A stretch of 64,000 bases of DNA from a candidate division FCPU426 bacterium (GCA_963719085.1 CAVRAL010000001.1:1312001-1376000); one strand, 5' to 3'. Shown: positions 1 through 9,739, counted from the stretch's first letter. Program-made: numbers and translations. The notes: generated by a model not told the origin, from the letters alone.

Positions 1-42
1 GTTTGACCTTTTCTTGAACCTGGAAAAAACAAGGAGCCATTC

Positions 43-1389
43 ATGGATGTGCTGAGCCTTTCCCGCGCCCAATTCGGTTTCACCGTCGCCTTTCATTATA
101 TTTTCCCTCCCTTGAGCATCGGCTTGGGGCTAATCCTGGTTTCCATGGAAGGGCTTTACTATTTCACCCGGAAAACCCTCTACCTGGAAATGGCCAAATT
201 TTGGACCCGGATCTTCGGACTGATCTTCGCCATCGGCGTGGCCTCCGGCATCGTGATGGAATTCCAATTCGGCACCAACTGGGCCACCTATTCCCGTTTC
301 GTGGGCGACGTTTTCGGAAGCGCCTTGGCCGCCGAGGGCATCTTCGCTTTTTTCCTGGAGTCGGGATTCCTCGCCCTGCTTTTATTCGGTTGGGACCGCA
401 TCAACCGGGGCACGCATTTTTTCGCCACCTTCATGGTGGCCCTGGGCGCCCACTTCAGCGCGGTCTGGATCGTGGTGGCCAATTCCTGGCAGCAGACCCC
501 CTCGGGCTACCACTTGGTGGGACAACCCGGCGGCGCCGTGCGGGCCGAGGTCACCGACTTTTGGCAGGTTGTTTTTAGCCCCTCCACCCTGGACCGCCTT
601 TGGCATGTTTATATGGGCGCCTGGCAGGCCGGGGCTTTCGCCGTCTTAAGCGTGAGCGCTTATTATCTTTTACGGGGCAAAAACTTGGACTTCGCCAAAA
701 GTTCCATGAAGATCGCCCTGGTCATCGCCGCCATCGCCTCAATCCTCCAGCTTTTTTCCGGCCATGACAGCGCGGTGGTGGTTTCCCAAACCCAGCCCGC
801 CAAGCTGGCGGCTTATGAGGGCCATTATGACGCGCTGGGTCCAGCGCCCCTTTATTTATTCGGCTGGGTGGATGAGAAAAACCAGCAAACCCACGGCGCC
901 TTCATTCCCGGTCTTCTCAGTTACCTGGTCACGGGTAAAACCGACGGGCCCGTCACGGGCTTGAATTCCTTCACGCCCGACAAGAGGCCGCCGGTGAATT
1001 TCGTCTTCCAAACCTACCACGCCATGATCGCCATCGGCATGGCGCTGATCCTGATCGCCTGGACCGGGATATTCCTCTGGCTCCGCGGTTCGCTTTTTAA
1101 GTCCGCCTGGTTCCTTAAAATTTTGGTGCCCAGCGTGCTTTTGCCCCAATTGGCCAACCAACTGGGGTGGTTTTCCGCCGAGGTGGGCCGCCAGCCCTAC
1201 ATCGTTTATAACCTGATGAAGACCTCGGACGCCCTGTCCAAGACCGTGAACGCCTCCGAGGTTTTGACTTCCCTGATTCTTTTCGGCTTCATTTACCTGC
1301 TTTTGTTCATCCTCTTCGTCTATCTGCTGAACGATAAAATCCAAAAGGGTCTCCAAATGGAAACCCCCGAACAAGGGAGGCGCGCGTGA
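43..1389 (+). CDS. cydA: Cytochrome bd ubiquinol oxidase subunit I
   Basis: [24 protein letters not shown]-loop [22 protein letters not shown] motifs; RBS AGGAG upstream. Confidence 0.97.
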   Translation: MDVLSLSRAQFGFTVAFHYIFPPLSIGLGLILVSMEGLYYFTRKTLYLEMAKFWTRIFGLIFAIGVASGIVMEFQFGTNWATYSRFVGDVFGSALAAEGIFAFFLESGFLALLLFGWDRINRGTHFFATFMVALGAHFSAVWIVVANSWQQTPSGYHLVGQPGGAVRAEVTDFWQVVFSPSTLDRLWHVYMGAWQAGAFAVLSVSAYYLLRGKNLDFAKSSMKIALVIAAIASILQLFSGHDSAVVVSQTQPAKLAAYEGHYDALGPAPLYLFGWVDEKNQQTHGAFIPGLLSYLVTGKTDGPVTGLNSFTPDKRPPVNFVFQTYHAMIAIGMALILIAWTGIFLWLRGSLFKSAWFLKILVPSVLLPQLANQLGWFSAEVGRQPYIVYNLMKTSDALSKTVNASEVLTSLILFGFIYLLLFILFVYLLNDKIQKGLQMETPEQGRRA

Positions 1390-2408
1390 ACTTCGACTGG
1401 CAAACGCTTTGGTTTATTTTGGTGGGGGTGCTGCTCAGCGGTTACGCCATCCTGGACGGCTTTGACCTGGGAGTGGGCGCCCTGCATCTTTTCGTCAAGA
1501 AGGAGCAGGAACGGCGGATTTTCCTGAACGCCATCGGGCCCATTTGGGACGGCAACGAGGTGTGGCTGGTCACCGGCGGCGGGGCCCTTTTCGCGGCCTT
1601 TCCCGAGGTTTACGCCACGGTCTTCTCGGGCTTCTACCTGGCCTTCATGCTGCTCCTCGTGGCCCTCATTTTCCGGGCCATCGCCATTGAATTCAGGAGC
1701 AAACAGCCCATGGCCTGGTGGCGCAACCTTTGGGACGTGAGTTTCAGCGTGAGCAGCATCGTTTCCAGCCTCTTGGTGGGAGTGGCCTTGGGCAACATCG
1801 CCTGGGGAATCCCCATCGGGCCCGACCATGAGTTCGCGGGATCTTTCTTGGGGCTTTTAACCCCCTACCCCCTGCTTTTGGGCGTGACCACCCTGGCCCT
1901 TTTCATGATGCACGGCTCGATCTATATCGTGCTCAAGACCGAGGGAATCCTGCAGGCCCGTTTGAAAACCTGGGTGCCCAACACCATGATCGCCTTCATC
2001 CTTTTATATGTCTTCACCACCATCGCCACCCTGCTCTTCATTCCCCACATGGTGGACACCATCAAGCGCGTTCCGGTCCTGGCTTTGATCCCCGTCATCA
2101 GCGTGCTGGCCATCGCCAACATCCCCCGCAATATCAGCAAAGGACATGGCCTGGGGGCCTTTTTCTCCTCTTGCGCGGCGCTTTTGAGTTTGATGGCTTT
2201 GTTCGGCATCGGCATGTACCCAAACATGGTTTTTTCAAACCCCTCGCCGGAAAACAGCCTCACCATTTATAATTCCTGCTCCTCCATCAAAACCTTGAAG
2301 ATCATGGCGCTCTTCGCCCTGATCGGAATGCCTTTGGTCTTGTCTTATACGGCCAGCATCTATTGGGTTTTCCGGGGTAAGGTCAAACTGGACAACCACA
2401 GCTATTAA
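1386..2408 (+). CDS. cydB: Cytochrome bd ubiquinol oxidase subunit II
   Basis: LDGFDLGVG and IGPIWDGNEVWLV motifs; GTGA overlap with cydA stop. Confidence 0.97.
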   Translation: MNFDWQTLWFILVGVLLSGYAILDGFDLGVGALHLFVKKEQERRIFLNAIGPIWDGNEVWLVTGGGALFAAFPEVYATVFSGFYLAFMLLLVALIFRAIAIEFRSKQPMAWWRNLWDVSFSVSSIVSSLLVGVALGNIAWGIPIGPDHEFAGSFLGLLTPYPLLLGVTTLALFMMHGSIYIVLKTEGILQARLKTWVPNTMIAFILLYVFTTIATLLFIPHMVDTIKRVPVLALIPVISVLAIANIPRNISKGHGLGAFFSSCAALLSLMALFGIGMYPNMVFSNPSPENSLTIYNSCSSIKTLKIMALFALIGMPLVLSYTASIYWVFRGKVKLDNHSY

Positions 2409-2470
2409 TTCAACGCAAAGCTTTCATTTGGCCCGGGAATGGGCCAAGTGAAAGAAGCGGGGTCGCTCAG

Positions 2471-2809
2471 CTAGGCTTGCTGCGCGCGGCGCAGGCGGCT
2501 TCGGTTGGAACGGCGCTCCACCTTCGCGCCTTTTCCCCGGAACCCCATCACGGCCTTTGTGGCATGGGGTCCATGGGGCTCCCGGTTGGAATAGCTTCCC
2601 CGGTGGTGAAACTCCTCGATGGCCTTGGTTCCCGCCGGCGGGGTTCCCTTTTGAGCCTTGGAAAAACGCCGGGTCTTGTTTTTCACCGGCTTGCCCCCGG
2701 GAATAATCCAAGCTGCGTCTTTTTTATCGGCCACAGGTAATTCGCCCGGCGGCGTCCAAAACCATTTACCCACGCGCCATTTAAATTTCTCGATCCATTG
2801 GTTTGCCAT
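2471..2809 (-). CDS. Small basic hypothetical protein
   Basis: ATG at 2809 preceded by AGGAGG; no recognisable family. Confidence 0.55.
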   Translation of the reverse strand: MANQWIEKFKWRVGKWFWTPPGELPVADKKDAAWIIPGGKPVKNKTRRFSKAQKGTPPAGTKAIEEFHHRGSYSNREPHGPHATKAVMGFRGKGAKVERRSNRSRLRRAQQA

Positions 2810-2932
2810 AGCTTCCTCCTTTTTCCTTGATTCCATCCTAGGCCGATCCGGAGGACTTTTTTATGACCTGGGTCATAAGTCAAAGTGACCGGAGTCGGAA
2901 AATGGCTGGCGGAGGGCTTGAAAAATCGAAAC

Positions 2933-2967
2933 AAAAAAGCCATGGAACCGAACGGTTCCATGGCTTT
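2933..2967 (-). terminator. Intrinsic terminator
   Basis: AAAGCCATGGAACC-GAAC-GGTTCCATGGCTTT hairpin with T-run on minus strand, after 2988..3275. Confidence 0.7.
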
Positions 2968-2987
2968 GGAAACCCGGGCGGCAGCGG

Positions 2988-3275
2988 CTACGGATGCCAC
3001 TCTTCCCAGTGATCCCCGTGGGCCCGGTGCCAATCATCGTCATGATGGTCATACCAGATCCGATGGTGGTCGCTATCGTAGTAATAAAGCGGATGGCCTA
3101 AGTCCACCGTTACCCGCCTGACGCAGCCCGCGGACAAACCCGCCCCCAAAACCAGAAGAAGGACCAGGACCTTCGCCGGACTCAAAGCCCGGCGCCCGCC
3201 CTTCAAAAACCAATAACCGAATCCTCCCACCGCCACAGCGGTCAAAGCCACTGCCAGAAAATGAATCAGTCCCAT
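2988..3275 (-). CDS. Small membrane/lipoprotein-like hypothetical protein with His/Asp/Trp-rich tail
   Basis: GGAGGT RBS; two hydrophobic segments; LSAGC lipobox-like; downstream terminator. Confidence 0.55.
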   Translation of the reverse strand: MGLIHFLAVALTAVAVGGFGYWFLKGGRRALSPAKVLVLLLVLGAGLSAGCVRRVTVDLGHPLYYYDSDHHRIWYDHHDDDWHRAHGDHWEEWHP

Positions 3276-3504
3276 AAAGCACCTCCATGGGTCAATCACT
3301 TCCCCGCCGATGTGGCCGGGAAAATGAACTGCTCACAATCAACTCTGTTCAATTCCATTAATTTATCCTAGGCTCCAAAAGCTAAAAAATGCCAGGCCTG
3401 GGCAAAATAGATCTCATAGGCGGTCAAAATTTTACGCTCCCTCCGGGCAGGCTCCGGCGTCTAAAGGAAAACCTTGCCCTTCTTGAGAAATCCCTTTTCC
3501 CAAT

Positions 3505-3536
3505 AAAAAAGCCCGCCGCCCAAAGGCGGCAGGCTT
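3505..3536 (-). terminator. Intrinsic terminator downstream of MFS gene
   Basis: GCCGCC-CAAA-GGCGGC stem with A-run (T-run on minus). Confidence 0.6.
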
Positions 3537-3639
3537 CCATCCACTTAATTTTGAAATTGAGATTTGACGCTTATTCCGCGGCCGCTTCCCTACATTTAAT
3601 TGTCAAGTTGAGGAGCGACGCCTCGCCTACTCGGCGGCC
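3533..3639. repeat. Degenerate tandem duplication (~51-56 bp units) overlapping the MFS stop codon
   Basis: gcttccatccacttaattttgaaattgag...gcggcc aligns with gcttccctacatttaattgtcaagttgag...gcggcc. Confidence 0.6.
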
Positions 3640-5261
3640 ATATGCTTGGTCTCCATCGCTTGGGGCCGCTTGAGGAAAAAGATCGGAATCGCCGTCAGGG
3701 CGATGGCGATCAGCATGTACCAACCCACCTCATCAAAACCCATCACGAAGGCCTGCTTCTTGACCCGGAAATAGGCTTCCTTGGCCAAGAGATTCATCGG
3801 ATGGGACAATCCCACTTCGTTCGAAAAACGGTAAGCCACGCCCTGCACGCTCTGGGCCCACTGGCTGAATCCCATGGCGAGGGGGCTGATGAACTGGCGC
3901 AGGTGGTCATAGGCCTTATCCTGGGCGTGATCGAAAAAGACGGAAAGAACAGCGATGCCCAAGCTTCCGCCCAATTGCCGGGACAGGTTCATCATGCCGG
4001 CGGCCTGGCCCAGCGAGGGTCCCTTGAAGGCGCCCAACACCATGGCGTTCAAAGGAATAAAGATGCCCGGCAAGCCGATGCCCCGCACCATGAGCGGCCA
4101 GAAAAGTTCCCAATAGCCGGACTGGGGCGACAGATAGGTCAGCATGTACATGCCCAGCGCGGTGATCGCGATGCCCGACAGCATGAAAAGCCGGGGCTCA
4201 TATTTAAAGAGAAGCGCGCCCACGATGGGCATCATGACGCCCATGGCCAGGGAGCTTGGCATAAAAAGGTAGCCGGTCGCCGTCGCGTCCATGTTTAAAA
4301 TATTAGTGGCGAAAAAGGGGATGAAAAAAAAGCCGGCGGTCACGATGGTCCCCACCAAGCCCATGACCAAGACGCCGTTGGCCAGCTCCATGCGCTTAAA
4401 GAGCTTCAAATCCACGATTGGATATTCCTGATTCCATTCCCACCAAACAAACAGCGGCAGGGCCAAAGCGCCGATGAGCGTCAGGGTCATAATCGTGCTC
4501 GAGGAGAACCAATCATCCGCTCCCCCGCGTTCCAAAACAAACTGGAGGCATCCCACCCAAACGGTCAAAAGCGCCAGACCCATGCTGTCCATGGGCGCTT
4601 CCCTCATCCGGCGGTGCGCCTCGCTATCCTCGCCATCCTTTGAATGGTTTTTCACGAACAGGGTGGTCAAAAAGGCCGCCAAGAGTCCCAAGGGCAGGTT
4701 GATATAAAAGATCCAGCGCCAACCCATGTGGTCGGTCAGCCAGCCGCCCAAAGGCGGGCCGATGGTCGGCCCCACGATGACCACGATGCCGAACAAAGAA
4801 CTCCCCATGCCCGCCCGCTTGCCCGGGAAAAGTTCTTGGATGATGGCCTGCGATGTCGGCAATAAAGCACCGCCCGCCGCGCCCTGGATGAGCCGGAAAA
4901 AGACCAAGGTCCAAAGGTTCGGCGAAAGCCCGCAAGCCACCGAAGCGGCGGTAAAAAGAAGGATGCAGGTGATCAGGTAACTGCGGCGGCCAAAGCGAAT
5001 GCCCAGCCAGCCCGAAATGGGAAGCACGATGGCGTTCGTCACGATATAGCCGGTCACCACCCAGCCGATCTCATCCAGGGTGGCTCCCAGGTTGCCCATC
5101 ATGGTGGGCAGGGCCACGTTGACGATGGTGGCATCGATGACTTGCAGCAAAGCCGCCATGCCCACGGTCAAGATGACCATGATTTCCACGCGGGTCAGGC
5201 CCCCGGCGTGTTCTTCCACCGGGGCGGGAGCGGTTATTTTCTTAGGGTTAGAGGCCGGCAT
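3627..5261 (-). CDS. DHA2-family (EmrB/QacA) MFS efflux transporter
   Basis: IDATIVNVALP, WVVTGY, GPTIGPPLGGWLTD and WRWIFYINLP motifs; many TM helices. Confidence 0.93.
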   Translation of the reverse strand: MPASNPKKITAPAPVEEHAGGLTRVEIMVILTVGMAALLQVIDATIVNVALPTMMGNLGATLDEIGWVVTGYIVTNAIVLPISGWLGIRFGRRSYLITCILLFTAASVACGLSPNLWTLVFFRLIQGAAGGALLPTSQAIIQELFPGKRAGMGSSLFGIVVIVGPTIGPPLGGWLTDHMGWRWIFYINLPLGLLAAFLTTLFVKNHSKDGEDSEAHRRMREAPMDSMGLALLTVWVGCLQFVLERGGADDWFSSSTIMTLTLIGALALPLFVWWEWNQEYPIVDLKLFKRMELANGVLVMGLVGTIVTAGFFFIPFFATNILNMDATATGYLFMPSSLAMGVMMPIVGALLFKYEPRLFMLSGIAITALGMYMLTYLSPQSGYWELFWPLMVRGIGLPGIFIPLNAMVLGAFKGPSLGQAAGMMNLSRQLGGSLGIAVLSVFFDHAQDKAYDHLRQFISPLAMGFSQWAQSVQGVAYRFSNEVGLSHPMNLLAKEAYFRVKKQAFVMGFDEVGWYMLIAIALTAIPIFFLKRPQAMETKHMAAE

Positions 5262-5370
5262 TCGGGGTCCCTCTCAAAATTTCAGGGGCAGTTGGATGAC
5301 TTTTCTATTAGTGGTATAAGGATTAGGGACTTTTTCCACAAGTAGGCACAAAAAGGATACCGACCCCTTG

Positions 5371-5781
5371 ATGAAACCCAAGCCCGTCCGCCGTCAAAAA
5401 CCCGTCCAATCCCTGGAAATCAACGGAGTGCGCTATGAGATCGCCCAGCGCATTGAGATCATCGGAAAGGTCCTCAAGGTGGTGGGCGGCAAGTGGAAGC
5501 TTCTTATCATCTACCACCTGACCACCAACAAGTTTTGCCGCTTTGGCGAGCTCCAACGCAAGATCCCCGGCATCACCCGGCGCATCTTGACGCTTCAGTT
5601 GAGGGAAATGGAAAAAGACGGCCTGGTCCACCGCAAGATTTACGCGGAAATGCCACCTCGGGTCGAATACACCATCACCAAGGAAGGCTATGCCCTGCGG
5701 AAGGTTTACCGCCAAATGCTCTACTGGGGGGCCAATCATCCCAAGCTTTTGAACAAGGCCAGCCGTTCGGAAGACAAATAA
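5371..5781 (+). CDS. HxlR-family winged-helix transcriptional regulator
   Basis: GGKWKLLII, RFGELQR, LTLQLREMEKDGLV, PPRVEY; divergent from MFS. Confidence 0.92.
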   Translation: MKPKPVRRQKPVQSLEINGVRYEIAQRIEIIGKVLKVVGGKWKLLIIYHLTTNKFCRFGELQRKIPGITRRILTLQLREMEKDGLVHRKIYAEMPPRVEYTITKEGYALRKVYRQMLYWGANHPKLLNKASRSEDK

Positions 5782-5831
5782 GGCGAAAGCCTTTCTTCCA
5801 AAAGTTTCCTCCGCCCTTGTTTTTTTATATT

Positions 5832-5848
5832 GTTACTATTAAAGTAAC
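5832..5848. promoter_or_regulatory. Putative Rrf2 operator GTTACT-N5-AGTAAC (site 1)
   Basis: Perfect 6-5-6 inverted repeat ending 3 nt before the Rrf2 ATG; same motif at 6289. Confidence 0.75.
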
Positions 5849-5851
5849 TTT

Positions 5852-6271
5852 ATGGCAACCAACACCCAATTTTCAATCGCGGTGCATTTTATGACCGCTT
5901 TGGGGGTCAATTCCCCGAACAGCGTCACGTCGAGCCGGATGGCCCAAAGTGTCAACACTTCCCCCAGCTTCGTGCGCCGGACGCTTTCAAAATTATCAAA
6001 AGCGGGTTTGGTCCATACCACCACCGGAAAGAACGGCGCCTGTACCCTCGCCCGGACTCCCAAAGCCATTTCGCTCTTGGATATCTACGAAGCGGTGGAA
6101 AGCCCCAAGATTTTCGCGATCCACCACTATCCGGAGGATAAAAGCTGCGCGGTCAGCTGCAACATCAAACCCGTCATGGAAAAGGTGTTGAAAGCGACCC
6201 AAAGGTCCACGGAAGAAAGTTTGGGGAAAGTGAGTTTGGCGGACGTTATTTCCGGCGTAAAGGCCGGCTGA
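5852..6271 (+). CDS. Rrf2-family regulator (HypR/SaoR-like)
   Basis: NTQFSIAVH, SVNTSPSFVRR, ISLLDIYEAVE, CAVSCNI. Confidence 0.92.
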   Translation: MATNTQFSIAVHFMTALGVNSPNSVTSSRMAQSVNTSPSFVRRTLSKLSKAGLVHTTTGKNGACTLARTPKAISLLDIYEAVESPKIFAIHHYPEDKSCAVSCNIKPVMEKVLKATQRSTEESLGKVSLADVISGVKAG

Positions 6272-6286
6272 TTTTTTTTGCTTATT

Positions 6287-6307
6287 TTGTTACTTAAAAA
6301 GTAACAA
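6287..6307. promoter_or_regulatory. Putative Rrf2 operator TTGTTACT-N5-AGTAACAA (site 2)
   Basis: Extended inverted repeat upstream of the SDR RBS. Confidence 0.75.
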
Positions 6308-6326
6308 TAAACTCAAGGAGAATGAT

Positions 6327-7076
6327 ATGAAAAGGCTCGAAGGCAAAGTAGCGCTGGTAACCGGCGGTAATAGCGGCATCGGATTAGCGACGGTCAAAAG
6401 GTTCGTTGAGGAAGGGGCTGTTGTTTATTTCACCGGCCGCCGTCAAAAGCAACTCGATGAGGCGGCGAAATCGATCGGCGCCAACGCCATCCCCGTGCAG
6501 GGCGACATCGCGAAGCTGGCGGATTTGGACCGCCTCTACGCCAAGATCAAACAGGAAAAAGGACACTTGGACATTCTTTTCGCCAACGCCGGCACCTTTG
6601 AATTTTTGCCCATCGAAATGGTGTCGGAAGCGCATTTCGACAAACAGTTCAACACCAATGTCCGCGGCACGGTTTTCACAGTCCAAAAGGCCCTTCCCCT
6701 TTTGAAGGACGGCGCCTCAATTATCTTGAACGCCTCGATCGCCGGCTTAAAAGGCATGGCCGCCGCGTCGGTCTATAGCGCCACCAAAGCGGCGGTCCGC
6801 TCCCTGGCCCGCACCTTGGCCACAGACCTCAAGAGCCGGAAGATAAGGGTCAACATTGTCAGCCCCGGCCCGGTCTTGACGCCGGGTTTTGACACGTTAG
6901 GCATGACCAAGGAGCAAGTTCAAGGTTTCCTGGACAGCATGACCGCCCAGATTCCCTTGGGCCGCACGGGACAGCCCGTCGAGATCGCTAACGCGGTTCT
7001 TTTCTTGGCGTCCGACGAAAGCAGTTTCGTGAATGGCATTGAGTTGGTAGCCGATGGCGGCTTGTCGCAAGTCTAA
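6327..7076 (+). CDS. SDR-family oxidoreductase
   Basis: TGGNSGIG, NAG, YSATK catalytic motif; AGGAG RBS. Confidence 0.95.
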   Translation: MKRLEGKVALVTGGNSGIGLATVKRFVEEGAVVYFTGRRQKQLDEAAKSIGANAIPVQGDIAKLADLDRLYAKIKQEKGHLDILFANAGTFEFLPIEMVSEAHFDKQFNTNVRGTVFTVQKALPLLKDGASIILNASIAGLKGMAAASVYSATKAAVRSLARTLATDLKSRKIRVNIVSPGPVLTPGFDTLGMTKEQVQGFLDSMTAQIPLGRTGQPVEIANAVLFLASDESSFVNGIELVADGGLSQV

Positions 7077-7088
7077 AAGAATTGGTAT

Positions 7089-7125
7089 AAAAAAGCCCTT
7101 AGGCGGAATGCTTAAGGGCTTTTTT
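7089..7125. terminator. Bidirectional intrinsic terminator
   Basis: AAAAAAGCCCTTA...TAAGGGCTTTTTT between convergent genes. Confidence 0.8.
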
Positions 7126-7191
7126 AATTTCACGCTAGTTTCGAGTCAAAACAATCTCCGTCAATTCTCAAACCGAACCCTTTTAATTTGT

Positions 7192-7767
7192 TCAGGGATG
7201 AAACTTTTCGCCCTTCGAAAGCATTTCCACGAATTGGTTTATCCGTTTGCGCCGGGTTTCAGGTTTTTTCGCCGTTTGAAGCCGGTAAATGATGGAATAC
7301 ACATTGGGGCGGCTCAAACTTTCTAAAAAGACCTTCGCTTTTGAATTTTTACTGACTTCCCGCAAAAAATCCGCCGGTAATTCGGCTGAACTTTGCGATT
7401 GGTAGGCTTTCAACCAACGTCCGTCTTTTTTAGCGGATTCGATTTTTTGTAGTCCTACCGGTTTCATGCGGCCCGCTTTGATTAGGCGTTCGGCATGGCC
7501 GACATTGATCTTCGACCAAGCACTTTTCGACTGTCGCGGGCCAAATTTCTGCAGCCAGGCCTTATCATCAAAAGCCGCCTTTTGGCCGTCAATCCAACCG
7601 TAGCAAAGGGCTTCGTCCAAAGCTTCCGGGTAGCTAATCGAGATGACTTTAGAATCTTTCTTAAAAATTTTCAGCCAAACACCCTGAGACGCGACATGAT
7701 TTTTAGCGAGCCATTTTTTCCATTCATGGGCCGATTTGAAAGAAACGATTTTTAAGTCTCTGGCCAT
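7192..7767 (-). CDS. YdeI/OmpD-associated family protein
   Basis: EALDEALCYGWIDG, WSKIN, AKKPETRRKRI motifs. Confidence 0.88.
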   Translation of the reverse strand: MARDLKIVSFKSAHEWKKWLAKNHVASQGVWLKIFKKDSKVISISYPEALDEALCYGWIDGQKAAFDDKAWLQKFGPRQSKSAWSKINVGHAERLIKAGRMKPVGLQKIESAKKDGRWLKAYQSQSSAELPADFLREVSKNSKAKVFLESLSRPNVYSIIYRLQTAKKPETRRKRINQFVEMLSKGEKFHP

Positions 7768-7786
7768 TTTTAAACGTTCCTTTACT

Positions 7787-7814
7787 GGTCCAACCCGGGG
7801 CCCCGTCGCGGACA
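7787..7814. repeat. Degenerate copy of 28-bp palindrome TGTCCACGACGGGTCCCCGTCGTGGACA
   Basis: ggtccaacccggggccccgtcgcggaca; right arm well conserved. Confidence 0.6.
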
Positions 7815-7956
7815 CCCGATCCCATCACATTGATTTTAATAAGGGAATTTCAAGATTTTCCATCAACTTCCCAGTAAAAATCGCTATCTTTTTTTCCCTT
7901 TAATGTCTAACGTACAAGCCAATATCAAGGCTCTAGGAAGCCAAAAGGAAATCGCA

Positions 7957-8214
7957 ATGGATATGTTGAACAGCAACCCCACGGAAACCGAGGCGGTCCC
8001 CACCTCCGTTCCAGCCCCCATGCCCAGCACCCCGGAATCGGCCGCCACTCCGGCCCCGACCCCCGCCCCTGCGCCGGTCGCAGCCGTTAAGATTGAAGTT
8101 GCAAAAACGGATAAAAAAACGGTTGGCGGATGGAACCGCTTTGCGGGCTACAACCCCAATGCCGCGAAAAACAAGCCAAAGGACGGCCGCAAAGGCCCCG
8201 GTGGCCGTAAGTAG
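7957..8214 (+). CDS. Small Pro/Ala-rich hypothetical protein with basic C-terminus
   Basis: AAGGA RBS; terminator 8253-8300 follows. Confidence 0.5.
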   Translation: MDMLNSNPTETEAVPTSVPAPMPSTPESAATPAPTPAPAPVAAVKIEVAKTDKKTVGGWNRFAGYNPNAAKNKPKDGRKGPGGRK

Positions 8215-8252
8215 TTCTAAAAAGGGCACGCGTTTCTTTTTCGTCTGGAAAT

Positions 8253-8300
8253 AAAAAAGGGCCACACAGTACGCATCGAGCGTGAAGAGTGGCCCTTTTT
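8253..8300. terminator. Intrinsic terminator
   Basis: AAAAAAGGGCCAC...GTGGCCCTTTTT. Confidence 0.65.
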
Positions 8301-8374
8301 GTTTAACCCTTAGCTCTTAAAACATATGGGTCCAGTTGGAGTTCCCCCGCCTTAGTGGGCGGTCCATCTGTCAA

Positions 8375-8430
8375 TTGTCAAGCCTGACCCTTTTACCTCT
8401 ATATGACAGGCCGGCGCTCTAACCAAGCTA
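8375..8430 (-). pseudogene. Decayed tRNA-Asp fragment / old att scar
   Basis: tgacaggccggcgctctaaccaa (8404-8426) matches tRNA-Asp 20662-20684 at 22/23 positions; weaker similarity continues leftward. Confidence 0.65.
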
Positions 8431-8439
8431 AAAATATTG

Positions 8440-9057
8440 TTATTTCAATACGCACCAAAAATTATCATCTTCAGCGCCAACATGGGCTTCTGGAGTGGTA
8501 GGTTGGCTCATACAAGCAACAACCTGTCCATCGCTATACTCCAAATACAAACCACTGGAGCTTTGAAATGTATAAACATTTGAGCCGTCCGGATCCACGC
8601 GCAGGAAAGTTATAGTCCACAAATGATTATTAGAATTGGCAAGACTATCTAACATTATTAAAGCTTTTGAATAATTGGTACCAAAAGGTCCTTGAATCAA
8701 GTAATAAACATTGGATCCATCAGAAAAATTATTACTGTAAATTGGCGTAACAACGGTTTGGCCTACCGCAGTAGGTATTGAGTTCATGCACCATTGGAAG
8801 TTTCTTGAACCGTCCGGAGGAGAAACTACGGTTTCTTGTTTATTGGTCATTCCGGCGCCATAAACATTAAGCCCGTATCTAATTTTATTTTTAGAACACC
8901 TCGAAAAAGTGTTGATGGTATAAACACTTGTCGGCGTAATAGCGCTTGCTTCACTTAAAAAACCAGAAATTAAATAAACGCTAACTAAACCAACGATAAT
9001 AAAAACCCCAAAAAATAAACTATTATTAAACCAAGTGGTCTTTCCGATCATATGCAA
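8440..9057 (-). CDS. AT-rich exported hypothetical protein (possible beta-trefoil-like C-terminus)
   Basis: N-terminal hydrophobic segment; low GC; fold guess is weak. Confidence 0.6.
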   Translation of the reverse strand: MHMIGKTTWFNNSLFFGVFIIVGLVSVYLISGFLSEASAITPTSVYTINTFSRCSKNKIRYGLNVYGAGMTNKQETVVSPPDGSRNFQWCMNSIPTAVGQTVVTPIYSNNFSDGSNVYYLIQGPFGTNYSKALIMLDSLANSNNHLWTITFLRVDPDGSNVYTFQSSSGLYLEYSDGQVVACMSQPTTPEAHVGAEDDNFWCVLK

Positions 9058-9648
9058 GTCACCTCAAATAATTTAATTTAAACACAGCCAATTTTATCCC
9101 TGCATGTTTCGAAAACCGTTCACCTTCATGTCGACTATAACTTGAAGGTGATCCTCAATCAAAACCGTCTACCAATTTGATCCTTAATAAACACCGGCAG
9201 CAAAAAATCTGCAGTTAAATAATCCCCACCAATAATAGTATTGGTTAAATCGTATTGTTCGGAACTAACTAGTGCAGCACCAGCAGAAACAAAACCGCCA
9301 TTTGACGTTCAACCGCCAGAAACAATAAAATCAAATAAAGATATACAAGCTAAAGAAATTAATTTCGTCATACATTCCAATCCGATTTAAATTTCAAGTA
9401 TTGTGCCTTTTTTTAAACATATATATCAATAATAAAATGTACCAAAATATTTTTTTACATTCCCATAACACAAACCACTGCAAGAGAACAAAGGGTCGAA
9501 TAGTCCATGCTTTCCCCAAATACAGACACAAAAATAAAAAGCCTAAATTGGAAACCCATGTTGGGGCCTTATTTATATGGCGGGGGCATAAACCCTCCAG
9601 GGGGGCTACGCCTGGATCTCTATCGCCCCACCAACCCTCCACCGCAAA

Positions 9649-9687
9649 TAAAAAAGCCCCCAAATGGTTGTCCATTTAGGGGCTTTT
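9649..9687 (-). terminator. Terminator following the displaced tRNA 3' end
   Basis: AAAAGCCCC-CAAATGG...CCATTT-AGGGGCTTTT hairpin. Confidence 0.7.
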
Positions 9688-9693
9688 ACTAGT

Positions 9694-9739
9694 ATGGCGG
9701 GGTTGACGGGGCTCGAACCCGCGACCTCCTGCGTGACAG
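9694..9739 (-). repeat. att core (duplicated 3' part of tRNA-Asp, 46 bp)
   Basis: Identical to 20622-20667. Confidence 0.95.

Noticed and set aside
8330..8372. Possible IS terminal repeat near the tRNA scar
   Set aside because: No partner end, transposase or target duplication found.
9694..9739. Second functional tRNA-Asp
   Set aside because: Only the 3' part is present; D-arm and 5' acceptor strand are missing, so it is an att site.
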